A program made the translations under genes and the position numbers. Shown piece by piece: positions 8,999-19,400 of a stretch of 64,000 bases of DNA. The first letter of the stretch is position 1. Each line of letters starts with the position of its first letter. A model generated the notes under the pieces. That model searched no databases. It saw nothing but the letters and a program-made list of their open reading frames with translations, and was not told the DNA's origin. Origin of the DNA: Elusimicrobiota bacterium. GTDB taxonomy: Bacteria; Elusimicrobiota; Endomicrobiia; Endomicrobiales; JBDRNC01. The stretch covers positions 64,001 through 128,000 of the forward strand of contig JBDRNC010000004.1 of assembly GCA_043811535.1 (NCBI GenBank). Reading direction: 5' to 3'.

Positions 8999-11272
8999 TT
9001 ATGCCGCTATTATCTTATTTCCCTTAACTCTGACGGCTGACGCGTTCTCGTACGCCCTTTCGTGTTCTATGCGGACACTCTTCTTGTCAACGAAGATCTT
9101 AAAGAGGTTTCCCCTGTAGACGACCTTGAATTCAACGCTTTTCCAGCGCGCGGGCAGGTTGGGTTTGAATTCAAGCGCGCCTTCATCCATATTCATCTTC
9201 ATTCCGCAGAATCCGTTAATGACGCTCTGCCATGTCCCGCCGGCATTCGCCGCGTGGATGCCGAGAAATACGTTCGCCATGACATCCTCAAGGTCCAGGC
9301 GCGCAGTCTGCTGGAAGTATTCCCCGGCCTTTTTCCTGTCGCCGAGTTCGTTGGCAATTATGCCGTGCGTGTTATAGGAAAGCGACGAATCGTGCAGGGT
9401 AATCGGTTCATAGAAATTCCAGGCGCTGCGGACCTGCTTATCGGTAAAGTTTTCCCTGTGCATGTACATGAGCAAAAGCACGTCCGCCTGTTTTACGATC
9501 CTTAGCCGCAGGAAAGTGTCCCATGAATAGCCGAGTTCGGTCGTTATGACCTTTCCGGGCTTCATTTTCTTTAAATCCACCGGCTCTTTCTCCAGGATCT
9601 GGTCGTCCTCTATGTAGAGGCCTTTCTTTTTGTCGTAATTGATGTAAATCTTCTCTATGATATCTTTCCATTTCCTCGTTTCCCTGATATCGAACTTGAC
9701 CTTTGAAGAGACGGTTTTAAGGGCCTTCGGGTGGTTTTTTTTCGCCCAGTTTATCATTTTAACGGCTTGCCTGATGTTCCAGCGCGCGCCCCAGTTCGTG
9801 TAGGTATTATTATTGACTATGCCGTATTCATTAGGCCCCTTGACGAGGTTCATCACGTACTTCTTGCGCTGGCTGCTCCAGGTCACGCGGCTTTCCCAGA
9901 AACGCGCCGTTTCTATCAGCATCTCAAGGCCGTAATCAACCATGAATTCGTCGTCTTTCGTCGCGTAATAATAATTCATCAGGCCGAAGGCCACGTCGGA
10001 AACTATATGCACTGCGATATTGGCGTATTCCCAGTAATCCGCCTGCTCATGCCCGGGATAGGAGCTCATCCACGGGTACATCGCGCCCTTGAACCACAGG
10101 AATTTCGCCTTTTCCCTGGCCGCCGGCAATGTCAGGTAGCGGTATTTTACGAGCGCCTTGGCCGTATCGGGGTCTGAGAAGATAAAAAACGGCATTATGA
10201 ATATCTCGGTGTCCCAGAAACAGTTGCCGTAGTGCATTTCGCTCGTAAGCCCGCGCGAACCCACGTTGACGCATGGATTATTCTTGTTTCCCATCTGTAT
10301 GAGATGATAAATATTGAATCTCACGTTCCGCTGGTCCCTTTCGTCGCCTTTTATCTCCACGTTGCTTACGTCCCATATTTCGTTCCACTGGCGGCTGTGG
10401 TCGGACAGCAGGCGGCCATAGCCTTTCCTTGACGCTTCCTCCAGTTTTGCCAGGCACGCCGTTTTAAGGTCCTTTTCGCCGTCTTTTGATGAATAGACGG
10501 CTATCAGTTTTATGAAAACATACTCGCTTCCCTGCCTTGCGCCGAATTTCACGCTGTTCTCAAAACGCCGTTTTGCCGCCTTACTTTCCATCCTGCAGTT
10601 TATCTTCACACCGTCTTCCGTGACTTCGCATTTCACCGTTTCGCAGACCGTGTTTTTGGTGGTTTTCGTGTTTACCGCGAGAAATCCGCCGTCTTCAGTC
10701 ACCCCTGCTTCGTGTTCGTCATTGATGAAATAGTACTTTTCATCCCTTAATTGGTACCCGCTCACGTGGAAATCGATATTGGCGACGTTTCCGTCAAGCG
10801 CGTTTTTTACGACGATCTCATTCGTGTGATTAATCGGGGTTATCCTGTACTGGAGGACCGCAAGGTGCGGATCGGCCTTGCTTATGAATCTCGTTATCTC
10901 GAAATCGGTCTTTTCATTTTTTGAATTGACCCACAGAAAATTCCTGACTATCTTTCCGTTATACATGTCCAGATAGCGGGTATAGTTCTCTATATGGCCG
11001 TCATTCATGTTCACGAATTCGCCGTTTATATAAACAGCCGTGTCAAAGAAATCCGGCATGTTGACTATCGCCTGGTAGTGGCGGCTGTAAGTGTCGAATA
11101 TGCCCGCGACGTAAGTGCCGAAATACGAGCGCACATCGGACAACAGGTGATTCTCCTCCAGCGCGCCGCGCGACGCCATGTAGCCGTTTGAAAGCGCGAA
11201 GATAGTCTCCCAATACAATTCCTTCTTTGGATCGTAGTTTGTTTCTTCTATAAGCCATGCCTTTGAAACCAT
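8999..11272 (-). CDS. Second GH65 alpha-glucoside phosphorylase
   Basis: ETIFALSNGYMASRG, RGLTSEMH, FWDTE, catalytic GPNEY, VKQAD, HDSSLS. Confidence 0.92.
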   Translation of the reverse strand: MVSKAWLIEETNYDPKKELYWETIFALSNGYMASRGALEENHLLSDVRSYFGTYVAGIFDTYSRHYQAIVNMPDFFDTAVYINGEFVNMNDGHIENYTRYLDMYNGKIVRNFLWVNSKNEKTDFEITRFISKADPHLAVLQYRITPINHTNEIVVKNALDGNVANIDFHVSGYQLRDEKYYFINDEHEAGVTEDGGFLAVNTKTTKNTVCETVKCEVTEDGVKINCRMESKAAKRRFENSVKFGARQGSEYVFIKLIAVYSSKDGEKDLKTACLAKLEEASRKGYGRLLSDHSRQWNEIWDVSNVEIKGDERDQRNVRFNIYHLIQMGNKNNPCVNVGSRGLTSEMHYGNCFWDTEIFIMPFFIFSDPDTAKALVKYRYLTLPAAREKAKFLWFKGAMYPWMSSYPGHEQADYWEYANIAVHIVSDVAFGLMNYYYATKDDEFMVDYGLEMLIETARFWESRVTWSSQRKKYVMNLVKGPNEYGIVNNNTYTNWGARWNIRQAVKMINWAKKNHPKALKTVSSKVKFDIRETRKWKDIIEKIYINYDKKKGLYIEDDQILEKEPVDLKKMKPGKVITTELGYSWDTFLRLRIVKQADVLLLMYMHRENFTDKQVRSAWNFYEPITLHDSSLSYNTHGIIANELGDRKKAGEYFQQTARLDLEDVMANVFLGIHAANAGGTWQSVINGFCGMKMNMDEGALEFKPNLPARWKSVEFKVVYRGNLFKIFVDKKSVRIEHERAYENASAVRVKGNKIIAA

Positions 11273-11322
11273 ATTTTTCCTCCGTAATCAGCAATTAGCA
11301 ATTGGCAATTAGCCATTAGTAT

Positions 11323-11973
11323 TTATTTCACGAACAACCTCTCTATTTTTTCAATATCAATATATGACAGGTCTTTCACGACAACGTCCGCTTTGCCCAG
11401 AATCTTCGGGTCTCCAAGGCCGATGCACAGCATCCCGCCTCTTTTTGCCGCTTCCACGCCGGATTCGGCGTCTTCAACCACAACTACGTCATCTTTTGTC
11501 AGCCCCATTCGGGACGCCGCTTTAAGAAAAAGCTCCGGATCCGGCTTGGCCCTTTCGGTCTCGCTGCCGTCCACTATCGCGTTAAAATACTTGTCTATAT
11601 CCAGCTTGTTCAGGACCAGGCGGGCGTTCTTGCTTGAAGAGGCCAGCGCCTGTTTCCATCCATTTTTCTGTTTTATGGATTCTATCATCTTCATGGCGCC
11701 CGGAAGTATCTCGCTCCTGTCTATTTTCGCGACGAATTCCAGGTAATACTTGTTCTTCCTGTCGCACAGCTCGTTAATTGTTTTCTCATCGGGCATCCGC
11801 CCCAGCAGAGCGATGAGGGAATCCCTGCGGTTGACCCCTTTAAGCTTTTCGTTTTTTACTTCGTCAAAAGGGATTCCTATCTCATCCGCCAGTTTCTTCC
11901 AGCCAAGATAGTGGAATTTAGCCGTGTTGACTATGACCCCGTCCAGATCGAAAATTACGCCTTTTTCATTCAT
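11323..11973 (-). CDS. pgmB: Beta-phosphoglucomutase (HAD)
   Basis: IFDLDGVIVNTAKFHY, LKGVNR, ASSSKNA, KPDPELF, VEDAESGVEA; adjacent to GH65. Confidence 0.93.
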   Translation of the reverse strand: MNEKGVIFDLDGVIVNTAKFHYLGWKKLADEIGIPFDEVKNEKLKGVNRRDSLIALLGRMPDEKTINELCDRKNKYYLEFVAKIDRSEILPGAMKMIESIKQKNGWKQALASSSKNARLVLNKLDIDKYFNAIVDGSETERAKPDPELFLKAASRMGLTKDDVVVVEDAESGVEAAKRGGMLCIGLGDPKILGKADVVVKDLSYIDIEKIERLFVK

Positions 11974-11978
11974 TTTTT

Positions 11979-12098
11979 ACCCCGTTAGAAGCAGGTCGTA
12001 CTTAGACGACCGCGTTCTTTATCTTTATTGTATTATCAATCATTTTACATGTTTTCATTGTTATCCTTTATGGCTTTCCTTTGCGCTTCTAACGGGGT
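11979..12098. mobile_element. MITE-like 120-bp element with 14-bp terminal inverted repeats
   Basis: ACCCCGTTAGAAGC (11979-11992) ... GCTTCTAACGGGGT (12085-12098). Confidence 0.55.
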
Positions 12099-12155
12099 GA
12101 AGCCCCTATTCCTTTTCCGCTTCATTATCAGTATAATAAAAACAACGCATTTCCT

Positions 12156-12183
12156 TGTGAAAGAAATGCGAATTTCTTACGAA
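12156..12183 (-). promoter_or_regulatory. Triple direct-repeat operator (pgmB-GH65-GH130-GH65 operon)
   Basis: TGTGAA-N5-TGCGAA-N5-TACGAA; TATACT (-10, minus strand) at 12130-12135. Confidence 0.8.
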
Positions 12184-12198
12184 TATATCATTTTACCA

Positions 12199-12226
12199 AG
12201 TAGCCGGCACTTAAGTGCCGGCTACT
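12199..12226. repeat. Perfect 28-bp GTAG-type palindrome
   Basis: AGTAGCCGGCACTTAAGTGCCGGCTACT; second copy at 58833-58866. Confidence 0.85.
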
Positions 12227-12234
12227 AAATAAGA

Positions 12235-12284
12235 CCCCTCACCTAAATCTTCCTCCCCGCAGAGGCAGAAAAAACGGTGAGGGG
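12235..12284. repeat. CCCCTCACC / GGTGAGGGG inverted repeat (REP- or terminator-like)
   Basis: 9-bp arms downstream of the barrel gene. Confidence 0.5.
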
Positions 12285-12365
12285 CGTAAATACAAATTCT
12301 AAATAACAAGCTCTAAACTCTAAATAATATTCAAACTACAAACGACAAATTACAATATAACCACT

Positions 12366-13367
12366 TTAGAATTTCACGCTGGCGCCCAGGCGATGCGAAC
12401 CGCTGTTGTCCGCTATCCTGAGCGACCACATCAGCGCGTAATCTATCTGTATCGAAAAGTTCTGGCCTAAACGCCTGTTTATGCCGAACCCGGTGGTGAC
12501 CTCGTTCTTATTGCCCCCGATGCGCACCGCGTATTTGTGAGTGGCGAACCAGGTCTCCACGCCGGCATGCACGTTGGTCTTATCGGCTTCTTTCCCCCAT
12601 TCCTGCGCGCGGTACGACACGTCAACCGTCCCCACCACAGTGTCCATACCCTTCCAATAAGGGATCTTGTATGCGACACCGAGCCTTGTTTCGGTCGGAA
12701 CCCTGTCTTCGTATTTCAGGCCGAGGTCCGGCTGGTTTATGTTCTTTGCCGCGACGCCCAGCGAGAATTTCCGGCTGAATACCGCGAGGAACCCGACATC
12801 GGCGCTTGCCGCGCCCTTTGAATTGCCGGCTTTGACCACAGGGTCATCAACCTGTTCCGCGACAAGCTTCGTCCTTTCGTCCCAGTTGAAAACGTGGCTG
12901 AGATATTTAACGTTCACCCCTACGCAGTATTTGCTGTCTTTTTTGGAGTACAGCGACCTCGCGTAGCTCAAAGAGAACATGTTCTCCGCGTAAAGGCCGT
13001 CACCGTCAAACGACGTTATTGTTATGCCCATATTGCCTATTTTTGCGCTCATTGGATGCACGTAAGACAGGTACATCATGCTTAAATTAACGTTCTCCAG
13101 GCCCATGTACGGTTTCGTGTAGGCGAATCCCAGTTCCTTCTTTGTCATCACGGATATCCCGGCAGGATTGTAATTGGAGGCGTTATAATCGTTGCATACC
13201 GCCACGAACGCGTTGCCCATGCCCGCCGGCCTGACCGAGAAACCGATGTCCTTGAATGCGCTTTGCGCGTTAGATGGAAGAAGGAAGATGGAAGAGGGAA
13301 GCAGAATAACTGCCAAAACCCTCAGTTTCCTTTGACCGATAATTTTTAATATATTTATTATCTTCAT
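12366..13367 (-). CDS. PorV/PorQ-like outer-membrane beta-barrel
   Basis: Signal peptide; SVRPAGMGNAFVA...YNPAG; KNINQPD; IDYA; C-terminal VKF; start 13367 chosen by match to the paralog at 25023. Confidence 0.8.
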   Translation of the reverse strand: MKIINILKIIGQRKLRVLAVILLPSSIFLLPSNAQSAFKDIGFSVRPAGMGNAFVAVCNDYNASNYNPAGISVMTKKELGFAYTKPYMGLENVNLSMMYLSYVHPMSAKIGNMGITITSFDGDGLYAENMFSLSYARSLYSKKDSKYCVGVNVKYLSHVFNWDERTKLVAEQVDDPVVKAGNSKGAASADVGFLAVFSRKFSLGVAAKNINQPDLGLKYEDRVPTETRLGVAYKIPYWKGMDTVVGTVDVSYRAQEWGKEADKTNVHAGVETWFATHKYAVRIGGNKNEVTTGFGINRRLGQNFSIQIDYALMWSLRIADNSGSHRLGASVKF

Positions 13368-13413
13368 GTTTTTGCCTTTACTTCCTTCTTCCTTCTTCAC
13401 TCTTCCGTCTGCC

Positions 13414-16400
13414 TTATTTTGCCACCACTATCATCCCGTACGTATACTTGCCTTCGGTCGTTTTTATCCTGTATATGTAAACGCCCGACTCCACGAACCT
13501 GCCTTCTTCGTCAAAACCGTTCCACTGCACGGCGCCGCCGCCGAAATCGGTTTTTGTCATTTCTTTGACGGTATTTCCGGCTATATCCAGTATCGCGACC
13601 TCTTCCGCCAGGAACCCGAACGCGGCGGGGATATGGGGCGTCACGAATTTTTCTTCGGGCGCCGCCCTCGTTGAAAGCGACCCGAGCGGGAATATCGCGT
13701 ACTTGCTGAAATGATTTATCTTGATTGAGACGGTATTATTATCCTTATCTGCCGTTCCGCCGAGCAGGCGCCACTGAACGCCGTCCCAGAAGAATATCTG
13801 GAGCACGCTTGTATTCTCGTCTATATCGGTCACGGTCCCGTCTTCAAGCTGGACCTTGCCCGTGTCGTCCGGGTCAAAGTACAGCAGGGTCAGCGTCACC
13901 GGCTTTATGAATTTCGTTCCCGAAGGAGTGAATTCATAGACAGAGACGGGCCTTCCGCTGTTTTTTGTCCTGTCAACGGTATCGTCATCCGCGGGCTTTT
14001 CAAGGTTAGTGTTTATTTGAGTGATTGTTATCGTCACGGGAGCGTTCAGGGCGCCGCTGGGTATATCGAGGCTGACTTCGCCGTGTTTCGTGTCGTTATT
14101 GGGAAGCGTGACCTTGCCCGTCTGCGTCGGCGGGAAGGTTGTCGCGCGCGACACCTTTATTTCCTGCGGATCGGACTCCGATTTCCAGTACCCGATATTG
14201 TCCGCGTTGTCCTGCGCCTGCACGTAATAGTAAATTGAGCCTTCCTGGTTCACTTTTTTGCCTTCAAGCGCGTATTTGCCTCTTTTTCCGCCGTCAACGT
14301 CCGTCAGCGTCATCTCCGCGGACGCCCACGCGGCGTCAAAAAGCTTGTACCAGAGTTTCACTGATGTTATGACGCCGCTGTCCGTGGCCGTGGATATGAA
14401 TACTATCGGCTGGCCCAATATGCCGGCATTCTCTATAACTACCGCGTCCGCAACGGGAGCGACAGCATCCGCGAGCGTGTAATCCGTTGCAATATTCGAG
14501 AGCCCCGACCAGTTTATCCTTTCATCGCAGGTCCAGGCGCGGAAATAATACGTCGTGTCCTTAGCCAGGTCCGATACTTTTCTCGTGGCAGTCGAGCCCG
14601 CTCCCGTGCCGGCCGCCGAGACAGAGACCTGAGCCGAAGCGGTCGACCATTCCACGGAAGCGAAAGTCGAATATTGTATATTGAATAACGCTCCTGAAGG
14701 AAGCGTTCCCAGGCCGCCGTCGTCGCCGGGCGAGGCCCATGAAAGCGTCAGCGAATTTTCCGTCTTCGCCGTCACGCTCAAATTGTTTATAGCCGACGGC
14801 GCGACTGAATCAGCAGTAACTACATATACATCCGAGATCTTAAGGTTCCCCGCCATATCCTGTACAAGGAACCGAATGCGGTCGGATGCCGGGTTACCCG
14901 TGAAAGGAAGCCCCGTGGCCGTTATTGTATGCACTAATTGGTCGCCGTTTGAACCGGACATGGAGGACGCGCTCAGAGAGGTCTCAATGTCCCAATCCCC
15001 TACGCCGCCGTTCGTGTTGTATTTCACCGCGCCGGAATTAAAGTGCGTCGCTATTTCTTCGGCCGATAACGCGCGGTTATATACGGCTATATCGTCCAGC
15101 GCGCCTTCGTAAAACAATCCCCATGTTTCGTTGCTGCCTATCTTGATCGGAACGTTGCTTCCCGAAATATCTCTGGCTGAGACAACCGGCTCGCTTGATA
15201 ATAATAAAATAGATGTTTCCCCGTTGATATACAGGGATAGCTTAACGCCGTCATATGTCATCGCGGCATGGCTCCACTGGCCGTTGGGTATACTTGTCTC
15301 AACAAGACAAGGGTCATTATTCGGGCCGGCTATTTTTGCCTGTAACTTCGATGTTCCCGCGTCGTTAAGCAGTATGAAGGCGTATCCGCCGAAACTTCTT
15401 TTTTCAACTATCAGCTGTTCGCCTGTTTTGCCGGCAGGATTTATCCACGCTTCCACAGTAACATTCGCGGGGCTCAACTCCGCGCTGTGCGCGACCGTCG
15501 CGCTGCTTGAAGTGCCGTTAAAAGACAATCCATTCGTGAATTTACCCGTTGTCCAGGAGGCCCCGCTTTCCTTTATCCCGTTATTCCCGTAGCCGGACGA
15601 ATCCGCGAGCGTATTTCCGCTGCCTTCGTTCATGTGCAGGAGCAGAACGCACCCGCTGGACGGAACCAGTTCCGCCTGTCCGACCCGCAGGCCGGAGTAG
15701 GTATCCTGAGCGTCTATGAGATAAGAAGTTGAAACCTGCCTGTAGCCGCTGATATTGGGTAATGTATAGTCAAGACGGAAGGCCTTGCTTGAGCTCCAGC
15801 AGGTATACACGTCGTTCCATAACCGCGCCCTGACCCTGTACCCGTAAAGAGTGCTTTGCGCAAAGCCGCTCAAAGCGCTTGAAGAATAGGCGACGTTTAC
15901 CGGCGTTAAGGGCGAACTGAAGTCGCTGTTTTCGGCGAATAACACCTGGTACTCAAGCGCGCCCGGCACGTCGGACCAGTCCGCCACAGCGGTATTGGTC
16001 CAGGAAGCGTCAGCAGGTATGTATGTGGTCGGTCCGGCCGCGAGGTAGACCGTGGCGCCGTTGGATATTGCGGACCAGTTGGGCGCTCCGTCATTCGTCC
16101 AGACGCGGAAATAATACGTCGCGCCGGGACTCAGCCCGCTGACCCGGCACGTCTGATAGCTTTCCGCGTTCACGCCCTCCGCGCCTATCGTTACCTGTCC
16201 GGTTCCTTCCGACCAGGCGGCGTTATACGTCGCGTACTGGATATTGAATTGGCTGTCGGCCTGAAGCGCGCCCGTCCAGCCATTGTCGCCGGGCGAGGTC
16301 CATGAAAGGTTTATCTGCCCGTTATACCCCACAAGCCCGGAAAGCGAAGTCACCGCCGCGGGCGCCGTCATGTCGAACGAGCCCGGAACATAAGACCACG

Positions 16401-19400
16401 CCAGCGTGTTCACCGTATCCACGTCCCCCGACGATGTCCACACGCTCCAGTTCGCCCCGTCATACGCCTTCACGGCAAACCAATATGTCGCCGTCGGTAT
16501 AAGCGTCGCCGGCGTGGTGTACGCGCAGTAATCGCCGGGCGATACTGTCGTCGTTATATTGACCGTATGGTTTGAATACGGAGCGTCGTCAAAATTCGCC
16601 GCTGTTATTATCGCGTGCGAAGAGTACCTCACGCGGAACGTGCCGTCCGTTATCGTATTGGACATCTCGTCGTTGCCGGGCGCCGTCCATCTGAGAGTGA
16701 CGGTCCTGTTTGAAGATCCCGGCAATGCCGTAAGATTTGATATTCCCGCCGGGGCCTCGGAATCATATACGTACCTGTAAGCTATAGTGTCTGAAACCAG
16801 AGACCAGTTTCCGGCGTTATCGCGCGATTGGACCGTGAACCAGTAGTATACATTCGTAGTAAGGCCGGTCGCGATGTATGTCTGCCAGCTCCCCTGCGCG
16901 GCGTTAGTGTCAAACTGTACGCTGTATTCAAACGACGCCGGCTCCGCCGTGTTGCTGGAATACTCTATTATGTATTTTCCGGAACTCAGTCCGCTCGCGG
17001 TATCAACCGGCGTGGTCCACGTCAGCCGTATGTCCCCCGTTTCCGGCCCGTACTCCGCGGAAGGCGCTATATTCGCCGGCAGCGTCGTGTCCACTAAAAC
17101 CGTGTATTCGGATGACCGCACCACGTTGCCGGCCATATCCTGCGTGATAAATATTATCCTGTTGTCCCCCGCTTCCGATAACGCCAGGCCCGTCACAGCC
17201 GTGGGGACTATAGCCGGGGTACCGTTAGAACCTGAAACAGAGGCCATGTCGGTGGACGTCTCTATCGCCCAGCTGACTCCGCCGTCGCCGGAATACTTGA
17301 CCGAACCCGAATTATAGTGCGCCGCTACCTCTTCGTCCGTCATCGCGCGGTTGAATACGGTTATTTCATCCATCCTGCCCTGATAATTCAATCCCCCGCC
17401 TTTATAATATCCTATCAATAACGGCAGCGTGCTGCCGGTGCTATTGACTACCACGCCTATCGAGTCCTGCAATTCTCCGTTGTAATAGAGTTTCAGCACC
17501 GATCCGTTGTATGTCATGGCTATGTGCTGCCATATATTGGCCTTGACTGTCTGAGTGGATTTCACATAACCGAATTCATTTGAAGGGCCGACTATATTCG
17601 TTATCAGGTCATATGTCCCGCCGCCGCCCCATACCGCCAGGTTGAACCCGCCTTCGTTCCTCTTGTCCATTACCATTTGTTCGCCGTCTTTTCCGGTCGG
17701 ATATATCCACACCCCCGCGGTGATATTCTCCGGATTCAACGAAACGCTGTCGGATACCGTCACGCTGCTTGACGCGCCGTCAAAATCAAGCCCGCCGGAA
17801 AATCTTCCCGAATCCCAGCTCACGCCTGACACTATATTGCCGTTGTTCCCGTATCCGGACAAATCCGCGGCAACGGCGCCGCTGCCTTCGTTCATGCGCA
17901 GCAGCATCACGCACCCGCTGGACGGAATCAGTTCAGTCTGCCCGGCGCGCATCCCGGAACCGGTGTCCTGTACCCCTATAGAACAGTTGACAGGATACGT
18001 ATCCAGGTAGACCGTTGACGGGTCTACCCATGAACCGTCGTTCTTCCGGCCTTCCAAAGTAGTAAACTGGGAATCAGTCATATCAATCCTGAACGCTTTC
18101 GTTGAGCTCCATGCCGTATATACGTCGCCCCACTTGCGCGCTTTGACGCGGTACCAGTAATACGTGTTTTCCGCCAGGCCGCTGAACGCCACAGACGACG
18201 ACGCCGGCGCGTATTCCTGGTCCACGGAACCAAAACCACTGTCGTTGTCTATCTGGACAAGATAATCCAGAGCTCCCGGATAATCCTTCCAGTCCACCAG
18301 ATTAGAATTTGTCCACGACGCGTCCGCCGGAATATACGCCGTAGGAGCTTCAAGCAGGTACACCGTTGCGCCGTTGGATATCTCGGACCAGTTTGGAGCG
18401 CCGTCGTTCGTCCATACGCGGAAATAATACGTCGCGCCAGGATTTAGGCCGCTTACCTGGCATGTCTGATAGCTTTCCGCGTTTACGCCCTCCGCGCCTA
18501 TCGTCACCTGTCCGGATCCCGCGGTCCACACAGCATTATAAGTAGCGTACCGGATATTGAACTGGCTGTCGGCCTGAAGCGCGCCCGTCCAGTCATTGTC
18601 GCCGGGCGAGGTCCATGAAAGGTTTATCTGACCGTTGTAACCCACAAGCCCGGAAAGGGAAGTTACCGCCGCAGGCGCCGTCATATCGGACGAGCCCGGG
18701 ACATACGACCATGCCAGCGTGTTGACCGTATCCACGTCCCCCGACGAGGTCCATACCGACCAGTTTACGCCGTCGTACGCTTTTACGGCAAACCAATATG
18801 TCGCCGTCGGTATAAGCGTCGCCGGCGTGGTGTACGCGCAGTAATCGCCGGGCGATACTGTCGTTGTTATATTGACCGTATGGTTTGAATACGGAGCGTC
18901 GTCAAAATTAGCCGCTGTTATTATCGCGTGAGAAGAGTACCTTATGCGGAACGTGCCATCCGTTATCGTATTGGACATCTCGTCGTTGCCGGGCGCCGTC
19001 CAGCGCAATGTGACCGACCTGTTCACCGGCCCCGGGAGCGCCGTCAGGTTGGATATAGCCGCCGGCGGTATTATATCGGGCAGGGCGTAGCCGTAGGCCT
19101 GGGTATTCACGGCAGGCACTTCACCCGAAGAGTTCCAAACGGACCATTCAGCGGAATTGAAGGATTTTATGGCGAACCAGTAACTCGCTCCAGGCGTAAG
19201 ATTGCTTACCGTGTAAACGCAATAAGCGCCCGGCGCAACCGCAGTGCCTATGTGAACAACATATGTCGAAGGGACATTATCATAATTCGCGTCCGTTACC
19301 TGCGAGATCGAAGAATATTTCACGTCAAATACGCCGAAGAAGTTGCCGGAAACGCCGTAACTTCCGGGCGACGTCCACTGAAGCGCGACACTGCCGGCCG

